Assembly: GCA_043228905.1 (NCBI GenBank)
Contig: JBHGNT010001246.1
Coordinates: 1 to 10,656, forward strand
Reading direction: 5' to 3'
Length of the DNA stretch: 10,656 nt
DNA from: Azolla caroliniana
Lineage: Eukaryota > Plantae > Polypodiophyta
Shown: positions 1 through 7,019 of the stretch, piece by piece
Layout: each line of letters opens with the position of its first letter
How positions within the stretch are numbered: position 1 is the first letter of the stretch
The notes under the pieces: generated by a model
Databases searched by the model: none
Seen by the model: only the letters and a program-made list of their open reading frames with translations
What the model was told of the DNA's origin: nothing
Made by a program: the position numbers and the translations under genes

Positions 1-1
1 A

Positions 2-421
2 AAAATTAGTAGCTTCCCATACATGAAACACTCCGATCATAATAGAATAGGGTCTATGCCACAGAAAAAGTGGTATGATGAGGATTGTAGAGAGTTGTAT
101 AGACAACTTAAAGTGTCGCGACTTAGTAGTACTATTTCCTCGGTACAGGCTCGCAAAGAGGTGCGCAAGATGATACATCGTAAAAGATGAACTTGGGAAA
201 TATCTCAATATTGGGAACTCTACCATATGCTCATGAGTAGGGACTACGCCCTTGCATGGAAGAGACTACGGGAACCGCAACCAAAAACACCCATCGAGGA
301 TCCCAATATTTGGCACACATATATCGAGAGACTCTACCATGTCCCGAACCAACCACCCATTCCAATGCCTTCCACACCTCGACCTACCATGGAGACACTT
401 TTGACAACCTCTAGGTTGTGA
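2..421 (+). mobile_element. Degenerate non-LTR retrotransposon (LINE) ORF2 fragment, probably the linker between endonuclease and reverse transcriptase; runs off the left edge
   Basis: The frame from base 2 reads KISSFPYMKHSDHNRIGSMPQKKWYDEDCRELYRQLK...RKEVRKMIHRKR*TWE...DYALAWKRLREPQPKTPIEDPNIWHTYIERLY. The W(Y/F)DE(D/E)C motif, the basic RKKR-like stretch and the WKRLR and WxxYxxxLY motifs resemble the EN-RT linker of LINE ORF2. In-frame TGA at 188-190. Recognised by motif only. Confidence 0.6.
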
Positions 422-463
422 AAAGACACCTCCCTTGATAGGTTATGAGTAAGACACCTCCCT
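412..463. repeat. Imperfect tandem duplication (~27 bp unit, 2 copies)
   Basis: TAGGTTGTGAAAAGACACCTCCCT (412-435) and TAGGTTATGAGTAAGACACCTCCCT (439-463). The core AAGACACCTCCCT is exact at 423-435 and 451-463. Confidence 0.85.
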
Positions 464-527
464 CCATTGAAGGACGGGGAATCGGGCTCCGACTAGTTGA
501 CAATGGATTTAAAAATATGTTTATAAC

Positions 528-720
528 TTTTTAGGCGCATGCTTACATTAAGTAGAAAATATGAGAGGGTATGTACGTAGCCATAGTTGCTTTCTAATAT
601 TCTGGAACTCGGTTGATGAGTGATTCCCCCATATATATATAAGCCACCTTGTATAGCCTTTCTATACAAATCTTTCCCAACTAATGGGAAAGTAGTTCCT
701 TTTTTGGAAGATAGAAAAAA
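528..720 (+). mobile_element. Diverged, 5'-truncated copy of the LINE 3' UTR/tail, homologous to 9122-9300 on the - strand
   Basis: Colinear with the reverse complement of 9122-9300. Exact CTTACATTAAGTAG (542-555 vs 9272-9285) and exact AACTAATGGGAAAGTAG (679-695 vs 9144-9160), plus TAAGCCACCTTGTATAG vs TAAGCCTCCTTGTACAG. Ends in a decayed A-rich tail (AAGATAGAAAAAA, 708-720). Confidence 0.8.
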
Positions 721-2850
721 GGCATTCCCAAGGCAAATATAATAATATTATTCGTGCAGAAACTATAACATGATATTCGTGGATATTCAAAGAAGGCAAA
801 TAGAAATCCCTATTTTCTGCTAAAAAAAATAACTACACTCCATCATGCCATTGTTTGAATATAGGTCCAAAAACAACTTATGAGAAGTATGTTACACAAC
901 TTTTAAATTTGTAAAATATGTATACTAAGTATTTTGAAAAAAGTTAGAATACTTGTAATAATACTTAGCATACGTGTTCTACGTGTATTGTATGATAGTA
1001 TTCTACAACAATATTTCGAGGTTTAAAGTGATTTACATGGTGATTCTATGTTGGTTCTCTTACGTTCGAGGGGAACTATTTGTTTCATGTAAAGGATCAT
1101 CTTGAGATGTGTAAGTTTGATGGATTTACTTTGCAAGGAGGGCCATTTATTGTTGGTGAATATTGATCTTTTATATGATGACACAATGAAAAAAATGGCG
1201 AGAAGGACCAATTAAATTCATATCAATTCCAAATGGATTTGTGGTTTCTTAATCAATTGGGAACATATGAAATATGAAGAGGCGTTGAACTGTGTGACTT
1301 CATCAAGCAACCAAGAAGACGGTTCATGCGGAAGAAGTGGTTCATTGTGCTTGCTTCATGTGGATTTCTAGGCCTCCACGCGGTGATATACAACGGTAGC
1401 AAGTAAGCATGAATCGTGGATCTTTCGCTTGTCCTTGTCTTTGGCCGGATTCATCCAGCCTAGCAGCCGCCCATATAAGAAGAGGAAACTTATCAACGAG
1501 AAACTAATAGCTAGTACATGGTCAAGACTCAAAACTATATTAACTAAGACATAATTGTATATACTATTTTAATATTAAGCATAACAAAATAGCTATTTAA
1601 AAGTATACTTTAAGAAGGCCTTAGACTAGCTCACTTTCTCCTTTTCTTTCCCTTGCTTTTTCTTCTATTTATCCTTGCTAATCTTTCTTTATTCATCTTC
1701 AATTTTCTACGCACTCCCAACCTTATCACATACTCTCTATATGGTTTCAGCAACAATTTATATTTCACTATGGTAACCTCGATGAATTTCAAACTCACAA
1801 AATTCTCCATAGACAAATCATGTGCTTTGTAAAAGCATTGATTATATTTGGGTGCCTTCCACTTCTCATTGTCCTTAACATGGCGTCAATTTTTTACTTT
1901 CTTAATTCACTTGCAATCAAGTTATTCTAAAATATTGGGTTCTAAAAGCTACGCCAAGAAGTTATTGCACGCAATACCCTTTCCAATCCTTATCTTCTCC
2001 AAGAGAGATGTTGGTAATAGTCCTTGGATGTTGAGTGTGAAGAAGATTTATATCTATATGAGCCTTAATGACACATTTTTTACCTAGGAAACAATCGATA
2101 CATTCAATATATACTGCATGAGTGCAATTGATAATTACCCAAAATACAAGGGGTATTAATGTTTGTTAATGTAGTCCTCATACTAGTATTCTTAAATTAA
2201 GCCATGCATTAAATTTGAAGGAACTAGAATTGATGTTCTGTTAAATTTATGAAACATTCCCCATGTGATGATTATGTAATAGCCAAAGTAGTTGACGAAG
2301 TTTGCATAAAATGGTCATTGAAACTTGTTCTTTGAGGATGATTTATACCTCGGAGGTTCACATCACATAGAGTATGGAGTTGAAGGTTTTGAAAATAAAA
2401 CCTCATTGGTCATCTTGTGCTTTGCAAATAGAGTTTGAAAGAAGTATGTAGTTTTAACCACCAAAAGTAAATCAATCATGGATATAAATTCACGTGGCAT
2501 TAGTTGTGCATTCTTAAGACACAATATGTGTTAAATAAGTTGGGTGCTCAAAGGAGTTAATGTTTGTTGAAAATGCCAAGTGTCAAAACATCGTCACCAA
2601 GTTTAGATATATAATAACGTCTCTATTTTTACAGATTCATTTGGATGGTTACTTGTACAAACATTATCTGAAATTGTCAAATGGACTTTGGTGTGCTTAC
2701 ATTCGGACATTATTAATAACCCCCTTTCACTTCATCTTGAGGGTTTCAATTCATGTCACAAGTTATTACTAATAGCAAAAATCCCTTTGATTTCTCATGT
2801 CATCGCTGAAACATCGGCCAACAAGAAAATGCTACGTTTGTTGGTGTCAC

Positions 2851-2949
2851 TTTTATCTATTAACCAAAGCTAGACCAAAATGTTTTACATTGGCGAAGTG
2901 ATGAATTACAGTTTTTTCTATTCACAAAAGCTAGACCAAAATGTCTACA
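2851..2949. repeat. Degenerate local direct repeat, 61-bp period
   Basis: Exact 18-mer AAAGCTAGACCAAAATGT at 2866-2883 and 2927-2944, with similar flanks (TTTTATCTATTAACC vs TTTTTTCTATTCACA). Confidence 0.8.
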
Positions 2950-3301
2950 CATGTTTGAAATTGGAGCAAGGGTAGCGAGGTCACCTTTGTAATATGTGCT
3001 AATTTGTAGCTCCTTATGTATGAAAATACATTCTATTTCTGTTTTGGAGGCAAGCGCGTAGCATCTATGAACGCCTCAAATAAAAAAGTTATGATGAGAA
3101 GATTCTACTTTTAGAATGAGATATGTATGCCAAGAAAAGCATATGGGAGAATCATGTGAAGAATATTCCCACGAATCTTCTTTTTTCCAATTATTTTAAG
3201 TAATGTTTCCTGGGAGCCACAACATTGCAACTTCTTACCTTCCAACTCTAATACACTTGGGAAACAAACCTTGGTTGGCTGTGGGCACTGGGCATCGCAA
3301 G

Positions 3302-3379
3302 GAGGAGTGAGTGGGTTTTACTTCTAGAAATTCCGTTCTTGAGGAGTGAGTGGGTTTTACTTCCATAAATTCCGTTCTT
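3302..3379. repeat. Tandem duplication, 2 x 39 bp
   Basis: GAGGAGTGAGTGGGTTTTACTTCTAGAAATTCCGTTCTT (3302-3340) is directly followed by GAGGAGTGAGTGGGTTTTACTTCCATAAATTCCGTTCTT (3341-3379); 37/39 identical. Confidence 0.95.
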
Positions 3380-4444
3380 GTTGTCGTTCTCAGATTAAAA
3401 AGTACATACACCTTCTTGTTCCTCCATCAAAGAGTGTATGTCTTTAACTTTGCGAGGAGACTGGTTGTTGCATATAGTTTGTTCCTTTTCAAAAACGCAT
3501 GTTGACCTCACTCTTATTTATGTATTCCCGAAAAAGAACTCGACACCAATTAAATTACTACTTGAACATATTTTGATCTTACCATGCTCAATTCTAATGG
3601 TTTATCATTTGAGTATGATGAAGTTGCCATCATACTAAGTGCTTACTTACTTCTTGGTCCTCATATCTCTTGAATGGTTTATTAATATTCTACACATTCT
3701 ATCATATCTAAACAAATTTGGAAATTGTTCAAGGTGTAATGCCTTTTCCAATCGAGCGTATTGGATAATTGTGGAGATTAACACAACATATCTTCACAAA
3801 AAAGTGACACGCTCAATCATTTCTACCATAAAGAAGAAGATAATGATAAATTATAAGAGATTAAAATAAAAGAAATGAGTGATGGCACATAAAAGGAAGA
3901 GCATAAACTTACGAAAGTTGACCTAAAATGAATGGTTGTTCACTGTCATGTGAAGCTGTCAATGTTTTTCCCATGTTACAAAGAAAGACAAGCTATATAA
4001 ACAAATTTGAATACAACTCGGCAAAAGCTCGTGGACCTTTTTATTTTCAAAGAGATGTGTATAAATATGTATATGATGCCACTTGTTTATTGTCCATACA
4101 AACAAAATTGAATTGATCTCCCTTCTCTTTGTCTCTCCCTTCCCCCTTATGAAGAAGACACACATTAAGAAAACTTGTGTAAGTAGGCGCTATGGGTCAA
4201 AATTGGCCTCTTTATGGACACTTCGTATAATGTTCAAGTTGTGATTTATTGAAATTGTGGATCTTTAATGGGGTTTAATGCTTATTATCGATAAAATACA
4301 ATACATTACGAAGCAATCTTTTGTACATATATGCAAAGGTGTTTTCGGAATCTATTTGGAGTGATGATAACATCATGAAGAAGGGAAGAGTGGCTGGCCA
4401 TCCGACTCGTGAAGTGATGATTCCCACCCAATGGATGAGGTGCA

Positions 4445-4740
4445 GACAAAGGCAAGCGGCCAACAGCATAGCAAGCGGCCAAAAGCCGTAACAGAGCAAA
4501 AGGCAAAAAGCGAAGAGCAAAGGAGGCAAAAAGGCAAAAAAAAAGCGAAGAACAATAAAAGGAGGCAAAAGGGAAAAACGCTTAAATCAAAATGCAAAAT
4601 CCAAAAAGTTCATAAAGAAAGAAGGCAAAAGCAAAAAGAAAAAAATGCGAGAAGAGCAAATACAAAAAAGCGAAAAAGCCGAAAGCCGAAAGCCGAAAGC
4701 AAATGTTTTTGGGCGAAGAAGATGAGGAAAGGAAAAACAT
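4445..4740. repeat. A-rich low-complexity degenerate minisatellite upstream of the transporter gene
   Basis: Recurrent GGCAAAA/AAAAGCG units. GCAAGCGGCCAA at 4452-4463 and 4471-4482, AAAGGAGGCAAAA at 4519-4531 and 4558-4570, (GAAAGCC)~3.7 at 4675-4700. Confidence 0.75.
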
Positions 4741-4815
4741 GTCCTTCTTCTTGTGGTTTTTAGGATTGGGAAGTCTTTTTTTTTGGGAAACTTCCTCCAA
4801 GAAACACAACAATAC

Positions 4816-4831
4816 CTACTACTACTACTAC
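4816..4831. repeat. (CTA)5 microsatellite
   Basis: CTACTACTACTACTAC read directly. Confidence 0.9.
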
Positions 4832-4835
4832 AATC

Positions 4836-4879
4836 GGAGAAGAAAGAAGAAGAAGAAGAAAGAAGAAGAAGAAAGGAAG
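4836..4879. repeat. Interrupted (GAA)n microsatellite / 44-nt pure purine tract
   Basis: GGAGAAGAAAGAAGAAGAAGAAGAAAGAAGAAGAAGAAAGGAAG contains no pyrimidine. Confidence 0.9.
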
Positions 4880-4934
4880 TTCCATTCTTCTTCTCCTTCA
4901 CGCAGCGGTATTTTTTAGCATCTCAATTCTCTCC

Positions 4935-4961
4935 TCTGTTCTGTTCTGTTCTGTTCTGTTC
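4935..4961. repeat. (TCTGT)5 microsatellite
   Basis: Five perfect TCTGT units at 4935-4959, followed by TC. Confidence 0.9.
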
Positions 4962-4970
4962 GGTGTTGTT

Positions 4971-4994
4971 GAGAGAGAGGGAGAGGGAGAGAGA
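4971..4994. repeat. Imperfect (GA)n tract
   Basis: GAGAGAGAGGGAGAGGGAGAGAGA. GA repeats are common in plant 5' regions and are known BPC/BBR-binding sequences. Confidence 0.85.
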
Positions 4995-5048
4995 TAGCCA
5001 TAGCCATAGCCATAGCCATAGCCATAGCCACAGCCATAGGCATCGGCA
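4995..5048. repeat. (TAGCCA)6 hexanucleotide repeat plus 3 degenerate units, ending 10 nt before the ATG
   Basis: Six perfect TAGCCA units at 4995-5030, then CAGCCA, TAGGCA, TCGGCA. Confidence 0.92.
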
Positions 5049-5058
5049 TAATAACAGA

Positions 5059-5345
5059 ATGGGCTGTATATCCTTCAGCCGATCAGCGATCCCACCCGGA
5101 ATCTCATTCCTAAGGCGGATCACCAGGAAAGAGGCGAGCTTCCATGAGTACCGGACGTCAGTGCTCCTCCTCACCTTCATGGCCTATACCCTCTACCACG
5201 CGTCTCGGAAACCCACAAGCATCGTGAAGGACACCCTTCAATCTGATGCTGTTGGGCTTGGGCTCAGCCGTGGTGGTCCTCCTCGTCCTCTGCACCATCA
5301 TGTCTCCTCGCAGTCGCAGTCGATCATGGACACAGGCACAGGGGT

Positions 5346-5378
<33 letters not shown>

Positions 5379-6139
5379 TTGGGCGCCCTTCAACACGGCC
5401 TCCGGCACTGCCCTCCTAGGTGAGGTAGATGTTGCCTTCCTGGCTTCTTATGCCATCGGTATGTACTTTGCCGGTCATCTTGGTGACCGCCTCTGCAACC
5501 GATGGTTCCTCACTGTCGGCATGATTGGCAGTGGTATCTGCGTCTCCCTCTTCGGCATGGCCTACTGGTGGGACATTCACTGGATTGGCTACTTCTTCAT
5601 TGTCCAGATCATTGCCGGCTTCTTCCAAGCCACTGGTTGGCCCTCAGTTGTCACAGTGGTGGCACGGTGGTTTGGGAAGCGGAAGCGAGGCCTCATCATG
5701 GGGATATGGAATGCGCATACATCTGTAGGCAACATCTTGGGCTCCTTGATTTGTTCGGCCATGCTCTCCTACGGATGGGGATGGGCCTTCCTCATCCCTG
5801 GCATAACCATGGCTTTTGGTGGCTTGGTCATCTTCTTCTTCTTGGTGGTGGATCCTGTTATTGTTGGCTTCCCACCTGCACATGAAGCTACTGCCGAAGG
5901 ATCCAGCAAAGCCAGGGATCACGAGGCTGCAGTCAATCCTGACACAACATGCTATTCAAAATCGGATGACCCGTTGCTTAGTGGCTCCGAAGCTAGCGAT
6001 TCAGATGGACATAGTGCTGTGAGCTTCCTGAAGGCCTGGGCAATACCAGGTGTGGCACCGTTTGCCTTATGCTTGTTCTTCACCAAGCTTGTTGCATACA
6101 CATTCCTCTATTGGCTCCCCTACTACATCAGCCATACTG
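5059..6139 (+). CDS. G3Pp: Putative glycerol-3-phosphate transporter / sugar-phosphate exchanger (MFS, SLC37/G3Pp family), coding exon 1
   Basis: First in-frame ATG is at 5059 (MGCISFSRSAIPPGISFL). Family motifs: TFMAYTLYHASRKPTSIVK, GWAPFN, LGEVDVAFLASYAIGMYFAGHLGDR, QATGWPSVVTVVARWFGKRKRGLIMGIWNAHTSVGNILG, AWAIPGVAPFALCLFFTKLVAYTFLYWLPYYISHT. Multiple hydrophobic TM segments. Ends at donor G|GTACAA. Confidence 0.93.
5332..5379 (+). repeat. Coding (GGCACA)n repeat encoding a Thr-Gly run (TGTGVGTGTGTGTGTG)
   Basis: Five perfect GGCACA units at 5347-5376 plus flanking variants, in frame immediately before the conserved WAPF motif. Confidence 0.9.
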
Positions 6140-6235
6140 GTACAAAAGGGCTTACTTTGGATTTATTTATGTGGTCGATTTCAACATCTTAGTATTCACT
6201 TTGTGTCTAATTAAATTACGGCACGTGTTTTGCAG
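6140..6235 (+). other. Phase-1 GT-AG spliceosomal intron (96 bp) of the G3Pp gene
   Basis: GTACAA donor at 6140, T-rich body, CTAAT branch-like motif at 6207-6211, TTTTGCAG acceptor ending at 6235. Splicing gives ...YISHT-E-IGGKYLSDSTSGNLSTVFDIGG in frame, as expected for the family. Confidence 0.9.
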
Positions 6236-6786
6236 AGATTGGAGGTAAATATCTCTCTGATTCCACCTCTGGGAACTTGTCCACAGTGTTCGATATTGGT
6301 GGTGTGTTTGGAGGCATACTAGCTGGATACATATCAGATAGAATGAGAGCGAGAGCCATAACGGCAGCGAGCTTCATGTATTTCTCCATACCGGCACTAT
6401 TTGTGTACCATGTGTGCAGCTCGGTTTCGCTATGGCTTAACGTGGTGCTAATGTTTGTGGCTGGGATGTTTGTGAATGGGCCATATGCTCTCATCACAAC
6501 AGCTGTCTCGGCTGATCTCGGAACACATAAATCTCTCAAAGGTAACTCAAAAGCATTAGCCACTGTAACTGCCATCATAGATGGGACAGGGTCAGTTGGG
6601 GCAGCCGTGGGGCCCTTACTCACTGGCTATATTTCGTCCACTGGTTGGGATTCAGTTTTCATCATGCTCATGATGTCAGCTCTCTTTGCGGGGCTCCTAC
6701 TGACGAAGCTTGTGATTGGCGAAGTGAGAGAACTCATGACACGAGCCAAAGATTCATCTTCCGGATCCTTCACCTCATCGTCGTGA
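6236..6786 (+). CDS. G3Pp: Putative glycerol-3-phosphate transporter (SLC37/G3Pp family), coding exon 2; spliced protein 543 aa
   Basis: Motifs LSTVFDIGGVFGGILAGYISD and NGPYALITTAVSADLGTHKSLKGNSKALATVTAIIDGTGSVGAAVGPLLTG. TGA stop at 6784-6786. Exon lengths 1081+551 = 1632 nt = 544 codons including the stop. Confidence 0.93.
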
Positions 6787-6846
6787 TGTGGAATTAGCAA
6801 GAGAGTCTAGGATTAAACAAGGAGCAAATAACCCCATGTTAGTCAG

Positions 6847-7019
6847 GTACTTAATCAAACTCTTTAAATATCACGGTATCTCATTTGTGAGGCGTTTTGT
6901 GGAAAACCACCTCTACTTATATGTATATATACATATATTGTTGTTACATTTACAAAGTGTATAGATTTTGCGTTGTGATAGGGCTGTTCTTATTTCATCT
7001 AATGTTTGAACGCTTGCAG
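6847..7019 (+). other. Candidate 3'-UTR intron (173 bp)
   Basis: CAG|GTACTT donor at 6846/6847, AT-rich body, CTAAT at 6999-7003, TTGCAG|G acceptor at 7019/7020. Motif-based only; no transcript data. Confidence 0.5.

Noticed and set aside
925-968. Inverted repeat CTAAGTATT/AATACTTAG
   Set aside because: Nine AT-rich base pairs in an AT-rich background with no TSD; compatible with chance.
1023-4165. Short 60-80 aa ORFs in the upstream intergenic region (likewise 7073-8594 downstream)
   Set aside because: No recognisable motifs or coherent exon structure; lengths are in the random range.
4275-4918. Overlapping Lys-rich (+) and Phe/Leu-rich (-) ORFs of 66-110 aa
   Set aside because: By-products of the A-rich low-complexity tract; no domain motifs.
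4753-5058. 102-aa N-terminal extension in the 479-aa ORF call
   Set aside because: It starts at GTG, consists of translated microsatellites and has no family similarity. Homology starts at ATG 5059.
781-5073. P1BS-like GNATATNC motifs at 781-788, 3161-3168 and 5066-5073
   Set aside because: Attractive for a phosphate-related gene, but a motif with six fixed bases is expected every few kb in AT-rich DNA, and none lies in the proximal promoter.
6140-6192. ORF-track C-terminus GTKGLTLDLFMWSISTS*, and a separate 169-aa gene starting at 6277
   Set aside because: The first is read-through into the intron and the second is exon 2 of the same gene.
4923-6623. Antisense and alternative-frame ORFs overlapping the transporter
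   Set aside because: Shadow ORFs expected in GC-richer coding DNA; no independent support.
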